From positions 6,205 to 70,204 of IMG/VR virus record IMGVR_UViG_3300036982_000217: a stretch of 64,000 nucleotides of DNA, one strand, 5' to 3'. This stretch comes from a virus. Lineage: Duplodnaviria; Caudoviricetes. The translations under genes were made by a program, and so were the position numbers. Of the stretch, positions 19,385 to 28,181 are shown one piece after another; the stretch's first letter is position 1, and every line of letters starts with the position of its first letter. The notes under the pieces were generated by a model that did no database searches, was not told the DNA's origin, and saw only the letters and a list, made by a program, of their open reading frames with translations.

Positions 19385-19772
19385 AGCACAACAAGCAGCA
19401 ATAGCTATCTCAATGAAGAAAGCTGGTAAGATACCACAAGGTTATCATAGAATGCCTGATGGTTCTATTATGAGAGACTCAGACCATAAAATGAAAAAAG
19501 GTGGTTCTACTCCTGCTTGGCAAAGATCAGAAGGTAAGAATCCAGAAGGTGGTCTTAATGCTAAAGGTGTGGCTAGTTATAGAGCAGCTAATCCAGGAAG
19601 TAAACTTCAGACAGCTGTAACTACTAAACCATCAAAACTAAAACCTGGAAGTAAGGATGCTAAAAGACGTAAAAGTTTTTGTGCTAGAATGTCTGGAATG
19701 CCAGGACCAATGAAAGATGAAAAAGGAAGACCAACTAGAAAAGCTCTTTCTTTAAGAAAGTGGAATTGTTAA
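19371..19772 (+). CDS. small basic protein (DUF6321-like)
   Basis: PAWQRSEGKNPEGGLNAKG...RRKSFCARMSGM...RKALSLRKWNC motif, recognised from memory. Confidence 0.65.
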   Translation: MAKSRAQQAAIAISMKKAGKIPQGYHRMPDGSIMRDSDHKMKKGGSTPAWQRSEGKNPEGGLNAKGVASYRAANPGSKLQTAVTTKPSKLKPGSKDAKRRKSFCARMSGMPGPMKDEKGRPTRKALSLRKWNC

Positions 19773-19788
19773 TTTATTATATATAATT

Positions 19789-20130
19789 ATGAAAACTATG
19801 AAGACTTGTAAAATGGGTTGCGGCAAAATGAAAGCTGGTGGCCCTGTTAAGAAAGTAAAGAAGATGGCTAAAGGTGGAGCTACAGACTATAACTATGGTA
19901 TTCCATTAAATGGCTTACCTATGCGCCCTACTAATGGTAACACAGATATTTCTAAAAATCAGATGGGAACTAATCCTACTATGAAGAAAGGTGGTACTAT
20001 GAAAAAAATGCAAAAAGGTGGTGTACTTAAACCTGTACCTTCTAGCAATACTGGTTTATCTAAGTTACCTACTGCTGTAAGAAATAAAATGGGTTATCAG
20101 AAAAAAGGTGGTTCTGTTAAAAAGAAGTAA
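19789..20130 (+). CDS. small basic protein with five xxKGG/AGG motifs
   Basis: MKAGG, MAKGG, MKKGG, MQKGG, QKKGG. Confidence 0.65.
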   Translation: MKTMKTCKMGCGKMKAGGPVKKVKKMAKGGATDYNYGIPLNGLPMRPTNGNTDISKNQMGTNPTMKKGGTMKKMQKGGVLKPVPSSNTGLSKLPTAVRNKMGYQKKGGSVKKK

Positions 20131-20175
20131 CCATGTGTAAGTGTAGAGAAAAAGGTAAAGTTAAAAAGTAAAGTC

Positions 20176-20703
20176 ATGGCAACTAAAAAGACTACCGCAA
20201 AGTTTGGATCTACTGTAAAAGTACAGAGAGGATATCCTGGTAAGATTAGATCTGCTAAAGATCAAGGTTATACTCCTATTGGTAAAAGAGAACCTGCAAG
20301 AACTAAGTTTGATGATGGAGGAGCTTTAAGTAGTAAAGCACCAAAAGAAGCAAAGATGAAATTTTACTCTCCAGATGGTAATTACAAAACAGTAGTTAAA
20401 AAGAATTATGGTGAGCCTGAAAGAGCTAAGGAAACAAGAACACTTAAAGGAGTTTTGAGAGGTGTTAATAAACCTACAATGAATGTAGAGCCTCAAGAAT
20501 CAAAACCTGAAGTATTTAGTGCTAAAAAAGGTGGTTGGATACAGGGAGCTATTAAAAAACCTGGGGCATTAAGAGCATCTCTTGGTGTTAAAAAAGGTGA
20601 AAAAATTCCTAAAGCTAAATTAGCAGCTGCTGCAAAAAAGGGTGGTAAACTTGGACAAAGAGCAAGACTTGCAATTACATTAAGTAAAATGCGTAAGAAA
20701 TAA
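20176..20703 (+). CDS. basic modular protein
   Basis: FDDGG and AKKGG motifs. C-terminal WIQGAIKKPGALRASLGVKKGEKIP module. Confidence 0.65.
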   Translation: MATKKTTAKFGSTVKVQRGYPGKIRSAKDQGYTPIGKREPARTKFDDGGALSSKAPKEAKMKFYSPDGNYKTVVKKNYGEPERAKETRTLKGVLRGVNKPTMNVEPQESKPEVFSAKKGGWIQGAIKKPGALRASLGVKKGEKIPKAKLAAAAKKGGKLGQRARLAITLSKMRKK

Positions 20704-20708
20704 TTATA

Positions 20709-21410
20709 ATGTTAAATAGTACTATAACTGTAAAGATTAAGCAGCGGCTCAATAAGCTTGACAGCCAAGACTACGACAACATAGAATGTTGGCAGGTGGT
20801 TGAGGCATTTAATAAAGCCCAAGTAGAATGGTCTAGAAGACAGTTGCATGGTATTAATATTGTTAAAGAGGGAGATGAGCAATCTACCCGGAGAAAGGAT
20901 GACTTACAAGTTCTTCTATATAAAACAGTTCTTAGTGGTATAACAGATAAAGGAGACTATTCTTTCTTAAGTATTCCGCAGGATTATTTACAATGGAAAA
21001 GAGTAGATGTATATGCTCAAAGAGATTGCTGTGATAAAAGAAGAATGGTAGTTTATTTAGCGGAAGAAGGTAATGTATCTGTACTTTTAAGAGATAAATT
21101 AAAACAACCAAGTTTTGAATGGGCAGAAACATTTGCTACACTTATAGATGATAGAATAAATGTCTACACTAATAATGACTTTAATATCTCTGAAGTAGAT
21201 CTTACATATTACAGACAACCTAGAAAGATACAGATACAAGGTTGTGTTGATCCATATACAGGAGTTCAATCTACTACAAATGTAGAGTGTGAATTTAAAG
21301 ATGATATAATAGAAGTAATAATAGATGAGGCAGTGAGCATTATAGCTGGAGATATTGAATCTGGAAACCAATTCTCTAGAGGTACAGAAACTGCTGAAAG
21401 AAACAATTAA
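20709..21410 (+). CDS. head-tail connector / ring protein
   Basis: RLNKLDSQDYDN...VVEAFNKAQ...LTYYRQP...IIDEAV pattern of crAss-like ring proteins. Confidence 0.65.
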   Translation: MLNSTITVKIKQRLNKLDSQDYDNIECWQVVEAFNKAQVEWSRRQLHGINIVKEGDEQSTRRKDDLQVLLYKTVLSGITDKGDYSFLSIPQDYLQWKRVDVYAQRDCCDKRRMVVYLAEEGNVSVLLRDKLKQPSFEWAETFATLIDDRINVYTNNDFNISEVDLTYYRQPRKIQIQGCVDPYTGVQSTTNVECEFKDDIIEVIIDEAVSIIAGDIESGNQFSRGTETAERNN

Positions 21411-21416
21411 TAAAAA

Positions 21417-22046
21417 ATGGAACAAAAGAGATTACTAAAAAGATTAGATACTAGTGTAGTAAAATTACCTGCAACTACAGGAATTCCTAGTATTGATAAA
21501 CCAAGCTCAGGTGCTTCAAAAGAAGTTCCAGATGTAGCTACAATGAACCCACTCATTACTGAGAATGCAGTTGATTATTTAAATTATAGAATTCAACAAG
21601 AAGAATATTCTTCAAGAATCTATATGTCAATGACAATGTGGTTAGATGAAAAAGGTTTTAAAGGTGCTGCTGCTTTATGGAGAAAGTATTCAGATGAAGA
21701 ACTTACTCATGCAGATATTGCACGCAAATACTTATTATCATTTGGTGTACAACCACTAACTCCAAGATTAGACCAACCTCAGCAAGATTACTCAGGTAGT
21801 CTTCCAGAGATTGTTAGATTATCTTATGAGCATGAGATTGAAGTATCAACTCAAATCAAAAAAATGGCAGACTTTGCAATGTCAAATAAAGATCATATTC
21901 TTTATGAGTTATGTTTAGGTTACTTAAAAGAACAAGTAGAAGAGCATGATAAAATGCAAACTTGGATGGATAAGCTTAAAACATTTGGTACAGATCCATT
22001 AGCTTTAAGATTACTTGATAATGATATGGCAGAAGTAGCTGGATAA
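21417..22046 (+). CDS. ftnA: non-haem ferritin (FtnA-like) with an N-terminal extension of about 45 aa
   Basis: QQEEYSSRIY, DEELTH, YEHE and KEQVEE align with the E. coli FtnA ferroxidase residues (E17, Y24, E50, H53, E94, Q127, E130). Confidence 0.9.
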   Translation: MEQKRLLKRLDTSVVKLPATTGIPSIDKPSSGASKEVPDVATMNPLITENAVDYLNYRIQQEEYSSRIYMSMTMWLDEKGFKGAAALWRKYSDEELTHADIARKYLLSFGVQPLTPRLDQPQQDYSGSLPEIVRLSYEHEIEVSTQIKKMADFAMSNKDHILYELCLGYLKEQVEEHDKMQTWMDKLKTFGTDPLALRLLDNDMAEVAG

Positions 22047-22061
22047 TTTTCTAACTACTTT

Positions 22062-22094
22062 TTTGCTATTATAAAATTTTTTACTATATTATAG
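22062..22094 (+). promoter_or_regulatory. putative promoter TTTG-N19-TATATTATAG
   Basis: Identical boxes and spacing to 640-672. Confidence 0.65.
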
Positions 22095-22125
22095 TATATT
22101 GTTTGTTTAATTAAATTATAAAAAA

Positions 22126-23793
22126 ATGGCTTATTTTAATCACGCGTTTAGAAAAACGTTTTTAGCAACAGGAGCTACTATTGGTCCTGTAGCTATTACT
22201 AACCCATCAGGTGGATCATTAGGTAATGCTAGTGCAACTGGTGGATTTTTATCAACTGCAAGTCGCCCAACTTATGCATTAAATCAGTTGGCTGCTGCAG
22301 CAACTACTTCATTTGGAAGTCTTGAGAATAACTATGTTGGTTGGTTTGATCCTAAAACTAATCTATCAGTTGTTCCTAGTACTGCTTCTGAGTGTTGTCC
22401 TCTTTATCTTGCTGGATCTACTATCTACTGTAAAGATAAAGTTAGCCCATTCATTGGTGGATACCAAGAGACTAACAAGTCTAAAGTAGTTAATCCTAGA
22501 TATGTATCTAGATTTTATGATGTAGAGCCTTGTACTCCTACTAACAATGTAGTACACGTTGGTTCTACTTATGCTAGTGCAGGTGGTGGTGTTTTGACTG
22601 GTACTGCTGTAGGTGGTACTGGTTATGATCCAGCTCCTTCAACTAGTATTGTAGTTGGAACAACTACAGTTACTGGTACAGGTACTGGTTTAACTTTAAT
22701 TATTAATATTAGTGGTGGTGGTGTACCAACTGTAGTTGGTATTGCTAGTCTTGGTAAAGGTTATGAAGTTGGTGATACAGTAAATATAGATAATGGTGAT
22801 ACTACTCTTCCAGTAACAACACCTTCAGTATATACTATTAATACTGTTACTCCTGCAATTGCTCCAGTTATCTCTGGTACTAACTGCTGTAAAGAGTTCT
22901 TATGTGGTGAGACTTATTATCTTCGTTTAGATGTTAAAGGATCTCCTGCTCTAAGATTCTTAGATCACAATGCATACTATACTGCATCTGCTTATACAGG
23001 ATGTTGTCCAGCAGGAGCTATTGCTCCAACTCCAGTAGATTCTACTGAAGTAATGATCCTTTGGGCTAATGATCTATTAAACTCTCCAATTGTATCTCCA
23101 TTCTTCCAAATTGCTATTCAGGATGAGGCAGGTGTTATCTGGTATGCTCCAGGAACAGATGCTACTTTCTTAGCTTCAGTTGGTGCTGATACTTGGAATA
23201 ACTATGTATCTCCAGGACATACTGCTGGTGCTTGTGCAGGTTTAATTCTTAATGGTGCTTATGTAGATACAAGATTTGGAGATTGTACTTTCCAAATTTC
23301 AGACTTCTATGAGAAACAACCAATTAATCTATATCCAAGTGAAGTAGATCTTAATGGTGATCCATGTCAGTTTGAAGGTCTTTGTGTAGTTAATGAGTGT
23401 CTTGGTAGCCAAGCTAATGGTCTTGGAGAAACAATTCTTAGAGATGTAATTCTTTCAGAATCTTACAGACAAAACTTCTTCTCTTCTGACTTCAGAATCC
23501 GGGAGATTACACAAGGTAACCAAATTGTAAATGCTGTTAACAGACAAGCACTTTACTATAATGTTTTCTTACAACACAGTGTTCCAAGATTTAACAATCC
23601 TACTGGTACATTTGATAATGATCAGTACTTACTACAAGTAGTATTTACTTCTGCTTTAAGTGGTGCTACATTTGTTACTGCTACTACTGATTGGTTAGAT
23701 AACTGTGGAGTTTGTGAGATTGAAACATTTGGTTGTGAGTCTACTTGCTCATCTATTGAGTTCCCAGCTCTTCCAGCTCAGTGCGGTATCTAA
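22126..23793 (+). CDS. putative abundant structural protein (auxiliary capsid/decoration or tail)
   Basis: Has its own promoter and terminator. Thr/Gly/Cys-rich, with an internal GGTGY...GKGYEVGDTV insertion. Confidence 0.55.
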   Translation: MAYFNHAFRKTFLATGATIGPVAITNPSGGSLGNASATGGFLSTASRPTYALNQLAAAATTSFGSLENNYVGWFDPKTNLSVVPSTASECCPLYLAGSTIYCKDKVSPFIGGYQETNKSKVVNPRYVSRFYDVEPCTPTNNVVHVGSTYASAGGGVLTGTAVGGTGYDPAPSTSIVVGTTTVTGTGTGLTLIINISGGGVPTVVGIASLGKGYEVGDTVNIDNGDTTLPVTTPSVYTINTVTPAIAPVISGTNCCKEFLCGETYYLRLDVKGSPALRFLDHNAYYTASAYTGCCPAGAIAPTPVDSTEVMILWANDLLNSPIVSPFFQIAIQDEAGVIWYAPGTDATFLASVGADTWNNYVSPGHTAGACAGLILNGAYVDTRFGDCTFQISDFYEKQPINLYPSEVDLNGDPCQFEGLCVVNECLGSQANGLGETILRDVILSESYRQNFFSSDFRIREITQGNQIVNAVNRQALYYNVFLQHSVPRFNNPTGTFDNDQYLLQVVFTSALSGATFVTATTDWLDNCGVCEIETFGCESTCSSIEFPALPAQCGI

Positions 23794-23818
23794 TAGTTAA
23801 AGGTTAATAAATAAATAT

Positions 23819-23853
23819 GGGGAGAGAGAGTTTATACTCCTCTCCCTTTTTAT
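23819..23853 (+). terminator. Rho-independent terminator
   Basis: GGGGAGAG(A)GAG-TTTATA-CTC-CTCTCCCC stem followed by a T tract. Confidence 0.85.
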
Positions 23854-23865
23854 TAAAATAAAGTT

Positions 23866-24426
23866 ATGGCAAATCATGTATTAAGTTTAGAGGTGCCTCA
23901 AGTAATGAATGAATGTGTTCTTAAATTACTTGACACAAGTATATACCAAACAGCAAATCCTGCAATACCTGTAGTATGTCCTACCTTGAATATTACTGTT
24001 CCAGGTTTTGGGTATTCTAATCAAATAGATGCTACAGATTTCTATACAACAGGATCTGCTACCATAACTGCTTGTGATTTACAATTACAAACTGTAGATT
24101 GCGGTACACAATATTATAATTTACCGGATGGTATATATATTATAAAATATAGTGTATCTCCAAATGAGACAGTATATGTAGAGTATAATCATTTAAGGGT
24201 GACTTATGCACTAAATAAATATTACAAAATACTTTGTGATGTTGATGTAGCAGCATGTGAGCCACCATTTAAAGTTCAACAGACGCTTGAAACACTTAGA
24301 TTAATATTTATGTATCTTCAAGCTGCAAAATCAAAAGTAGAGTTTTGTCATGAGCCACAGAAAGGAATGGCATTGTATAACTATGCTTTAAAGCTTTTAA
24401 ATAAATTGTCTTGTACAAATTGTTAA
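23866..24426 (+). CDS. tail-associated structural protein, candidate hub/ring
   Basis: Ig-like LPDGIYIIKYSV strand followed by a helical C-terminus. Assignment is by position. Confidence 0.5.
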   Translation: MANHVLSLEVPQVMNECVLKLLDTSIYQTANPAIPVVCPTLNITVPGFGYSNQIDATDFYTTGSATITACDLQLQTVDCGTQYYNLPDGIYIIKYSVSPNETVYVEYNHLRVTYALNKYYKILCDVDVAACEPPFKVQQTLETLRLIFMYLQAAKSKVEFCHEPQKGMALYNYALKLLNKLSCTNC

Positions 24427-24447
24427 ACTAACTAAAAACCAATAATT

Positions 24448-24606
24448 ATGGCAATGTGCCCAAACTGTAAAGCTAAGATGTCATGTGGATGCCAGAAAAG
24501 AACAGCATCAAATGGACAACAAGTATGTTCTAATTGTTTAGGAAAATATGAAGCACAGCTTAAGTTAAATAAGAAAAAAGATAATCTACAAAAATACACT
24601 AATTAA
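24448..24606 (+). CDS. small 52-aa Cys-rich (CxxC, CxC, CxxC) protein
   Basis: MAMCPNCKAKMSCGCQKRTASNGQQVCSNCLGKYEAQLKLNKKKDNLQKYTN. Its stop overlaps the next ATG. Confidence 0.7.
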   Translation: MAMCPNCKAKMSCGCQKRTASNGQQVCSNCLGKYEAQLKLNKKKDNLQKYTN

Positions 24607-26471
24607 TGTCTGCTCCTTATTATTATAGACTTGAATCATGTTGCACAGGGGAGGTATTGTACTTTCAAACACCTATTGCAACTAATGCACCAATATATGG
24701 TTTTGCTTTTCCACAGCAATTAGTCTATGATGTTGCAGGAATTCATGGAGATTATTATGGATTAATATCAGGACAATGTTATCTTGCTACACAAGTAGTA
24801 GGAGATGGTTCTGCATATCCAAATATGGGCTCTAATTGGATGACTCAAACTGGTCCTGGATATACAGATTGTAGAGTACTATTTGGAGAATGTGCAGAAT
24901 GTGATCCTTGTTATTTATTAGTTTCATGTGATGGTAGCATTCAACCATTTACTACTACTCAAGATTTATCAGCTTATGTCGGTCAATCAGTAGTACTTGT
25001 AGGAAGTGATTTGCCAGCAACATGTTTTCAGGTAGCACTCTTTCCTGGAGGAAATTTATTCTGTAATTCAACCACAGAAACTTTAACTTATATAGAAGAT
25101 TGTGAGTGTCCTTGTAATTGCTATAATGTAATAGCAAATTCTAAGAATTGCTTATATATAGACTGTGATGGTAATGTTCAGACTACGGGACCACTTACTG
25201 GTACATTAGAACAAATATCATGTTCTTCTACTTATCCTGCAATAATAAATAATGAATTTCCTAGTCCAATTAATATTGTAAATATAGGACCATGTGTAAA
25301 TGGTAATTGTCCAGATGAGTGTTATGAGTTAGTAGACTGTGATTCTATTCAAGACCCTATTGTTACTAACAAACTATCATTAGGATTATATGCAATACTT
25401 GGTCAAATAGTAAAGATTGAGAATTATCCTGATACATGTTGGATAGTTAATTCAACTGCAAATTGTGAGTGTGCAATAGATGTTGTTGTAGTTCAATCAT
25501 ATGAAGATTGCCCTACTTGTAAAAATCCAAGTAAATATAAACTTACAAATTGTGATGATCCAAATACAATAGTTTATACAAGTTCAGATTTAAGTCCTTT
25601 TGTAGGGCAAGTTATTCTAAGAGGAGATTGTCCAGGATGTTGGTATATAGAAGAGATACAAGATATACCCTCTGATACAATAGTTACAGTTACTGCAGCT
25701 TACACAGATTGTATTGCATGTGCAAGAGAGTATTATAAACTTTTTGACTGTACAGGATTTAAAGATCCAATTATTACATATTCAGATTTAAGTCAATATA
25801 TAGGATCTGTTGTAAAAATTAAGTATTGTCCTGAAACCTGTTGGACAGTACAACAAACAAATGATCCTACAGATGCAGGCATAGTAACTGTTGTAACAGA
25901 TTATACAAACTGTACAGAGTGTTTACTTACATATCCTTGCATTTGTACTACTGTAAGAAATGATAGTACTACATCTAAAACATATGGTTATTTTGATTGT
26001 AATTTAATAGTACAAACATTTACACTTGCTCCAGGAGTGCAGTCTGAAAAATTCTGTATGAGAGTTTGGGATGTTTATTATCCTGAAACAGACTATATAG
26101 AAACTTATGGTAATTGTACAGAAGATACACAACAAGATACTTGGTCTTGTCCACCAGTTATTTATCCAAGAAGAAGTGTACAACCAGGATATAATACACC
26201 AGCATGTACCATTGAAAAATATGAAAAGATAACATGTAAATCAGCAGAAGTATATTACAAACAAGTACTATACTTAAGATATGGTATATCAGACTGTTGT
26301 CCAGAAGATACAGATAAGTGGTTAATTAAAAAAGAGCTTGTAGATATGGATGCTTTAAAAGATCCTAACTATGCTTGTACAGTAATTAATCCTTGTTGCC
26401 CAAGTACTCCATCTTGTGGTTATGCGCCATGTAATTGTACACCTCCATCAACCACTTGTAATTCTCAATAA
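24606..26471 (+). CDS. cysteine-rich repeat protein, probable virion appendage
   Basis: About 53 Cys in 621 aa by hand count. Repeats of Y-x-L-x-x-C...DLS-x-(Y/F)-(V/I)-G...CW...Y-x-(D/N)-C-x-x-C. Confidence 0.65.
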   Translation: MSAPYYYRLESCCTGEVLYFQTPIATNAPIYGFAFPQQLVYDVAGIHGDYYGLISGQCYLATQVVGDGSAYPNMGSNWMTQTGPGYTDCRVLFGECAECDPCYLLVSCDGSIQPFTTTQDLSAYVGQSVVLVGSDLPATCFQVALFPGGNLFCNSTTETLTYIEDCECPCNCYNVIANSKNCLYIDCDGNVQTTGPLTGTLEQISCSSTYPAIINNEFPSPINIVNIGPCVNGNCPDECYELVDCDSIQDPIVTNKLSLGLYAILGQIVKIENYPDTCWIVNSTANCECAIDVVVVQSYEDCPTCKNPSKYKLTNCDDPNTIVYTSSDLSPFVGQVILRGDCPGCWYIEEIQDIPSDTIVTVTAAYTDCIACAREYYKLFDCTGFKDPIITYSDLSQYIGSVVKIKYCPETCWTVQQTNDPTDAGIVTVVTDYTNCTECLLTYPCICTTVRNDSTTSKTYGYFDCNLIVQTFTLAPGVQSEKFCMRVWDVYYPETDYIETYGNCTEDTQQDTWSCPPVIYPRRSVQPGYNTPACTIEKYEKITCKSAEVYYKQVLYLRYGISDCCPEDTDKWLIKKELVDMDALKDPNYACTVINPCCPSTPSCGYAPCNCTPPSTTCNSQ

Positions 26472-26488
26472 TAATTAGTATATTATAG
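26455..26488 (+). promoter_or_regulatory. putative promoter CTTG-N20-TATATTATAG
   Basis: Same -7-type decamer as at 663 and 22085. The upstream box lies inside the preceding CDS. Confidence 0.5.
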
Positions 26489-26490
26489 AT

Positions 26491-28170
26491 ATGAAACCTC
26501 TAAATCTAGATAATAGCCCTTGTAGTCCAATATCAAGTAACTGTGTGATATGGCAAGGTCCAGATATTCCTTGTATAAAATTATGTACTGGAGACACTGT
26601 ATCTAATGTAATTCATAGGCTTGCAACTGAGCTTTGTAATATATTAGATATACTAGATGTTAATGGATATGATTTATCTTGTTTTAATCTTTCAAGTTGT
26701 GCACCAAATAATTTTCAAGAATTAATTCAGTTTTTAATTGAAAAGATTTGTGCATTACAAACTACACAAACAACAGAAGCAGCAACTCCAGCAGGAACTG
26801 TAAGAGATACTACAGCTAATACTTTAGTGACTGTAGCTCCATGTTTTGTAGTTGGTTCTACTACTGTAATGTCTGTTGCAGAATATGCTCAGGCAATGGG
26901 TACTAAAATCTGTGACCTTATTACACAGATAGCCACAATTAATTTACAGATTAATGATCTAGACATTAGAGTAACTACATTAGAAACAACTCCTCCACCT
27001 GTATTTACATTACCATCATTTACAATAAACTGTCCTATTAACTCACTTATTTCTGGAAACTCATATGGAATAGATGTAGTACTAGAAGAGTTTATAAATG
27101 ATGTTTGGTGTGGCTTCTATGCTGCAACTGGATCAACTGCATCTTTACTAAGTGCAGTAACTGCTCAGTGTATTGCGGGTACAGATTTTACAAAAGTAAA
27201 TCCTGCTGCTACATATGCTGTACAATATCCCACTTGGATACAACCATCAAGTACAATTGCAGATGTTATTAATAATTTATGGATTGTATTATGTGATATA
27301 TACAATGGTACAACAGTAACAGTTACGGGAGCTACTACAAGCACAATAGCTACAACGGTAACTGGTGGGCCTGCATATGTAGTATCTTCTAAAATCCTTG
27401 ATACTGGATGGGTAGATCTAGATGGTTTTGGATATTATACAGGAACATACACAGAATCTCTAAGACCACAAGCAAGAAGAATAGGTAATGCTGTGCATTT
27501 TAGAGGTCTAATTACTATTCCAATAGATGATGGAACAGGAGCACCATTATTATGGCAATTAAGTTTTGCTCCAGATATTGATACTTATTATTTATCAACC
27601 AATGTAGCACCTGCTTCAGTTGGACCTGGATCTGTAGTTGCATCAACTTCTGGAACAATTACTTTTAATCAAGCTAATTCTGTTATTCCTACAAGTATAA
27701 TGGCAGTGGGTGAGCAGTTTGATAATAACTATTCTACAAACTTTTTAACAGCAACAAGACCAATAGAAATTGATAATGCACCTGTTACAAGTTCAGTACT
27801 ATCAGCATTATTTACAATATCAATATCTACTACAAAAACGCTATCCCTTATATTACCAAAAAATGCAGAACAAAATGCATTTTCTGGAACGGGAGCTTTT
27901 AGCACATCCCATCTAAACTATATAGTTTCTAATGTTAAATCAGGAAGCTTTGTAACAAACTTTGCTGGTCTTGGAACTAATATAGATAGTAATGGAGCTG
28001 CAGGTATTGTTGGATTAAATATGAATTTTAGTTCAACTCAAACATATCCATTCTCATGTGATGCAAATGATGAACAACAAGTTGGTGGATTTAGAATTAC
28101 ATTAGATGGCTTAGTAGCATATATTGATCCTTGTACTACAGATATACCAACACCAATTGTTTGTCCTTAA
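26491..28170 (+). CDS. putative tail fibre protein
   Basis: Cys-rich N-terminal module (CSPISSNCVIWQGPDIPCI), a short coiled coil, and a beta-rich C-terminus (DTGWVDL...RRIGNAVHFRG). Confidence 0.7.
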   Translation: MKPLNLDNSPCSPISSNCVIWQGPDIPCIKLCTGDTVSNVIHRLATELCNILDILDVNGYDLSCFNLSSCAPNNFQELIQFLIEKICALQTTQTTEAATPAGTVRDTTANTLVTVAPCFVVGSTTVMSVAEYAQAMGTKICDLITQIATINLQINDLDIRVTTLETTPPPVFTLPSFTINCPINSLISGNSYGIDVVLEEFINDVWCGFYAATGSTASLLSAVTAQCIAGTDFTKVNPAATYAVQYPTWIQPSSTIADVINNLWIVLCDIYNGTTVTVTGATTSTIATTVTGGPAYVVSSKILDTGWVDLDGFGYYTGTYTESLRPQARRIGNAVHFRGLITIPIDDGTGAPLLWQLSFAPDIDTYYLSTNVAPASVGPGSVVASTSGTITFNQANSVIPTSIMAVGEQFDNNYSTNFLTATRPIEIDNAPVTSSVLSALFTISISTTKTLSLILPKNAEQNAFSGTGAFSTSHLNYIVSNVKSGSFVTNFAGLGTNIDSNGAAGIVGLNMNFSSTQTYPFSCDANDEQQVGGFRITLDGLVAYIDPCTTDIPTPIVCP

Positions 28171-28181
28171 TAATTTAAACT

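Noticed and set aside
1677-28173. Tandem stop codons after several structural genes (TAATAA, TAATAG)
   Set aside because: These are expected often by chance in such AT-rich intergenic DNA and cannot be shown to be enriched without computation.
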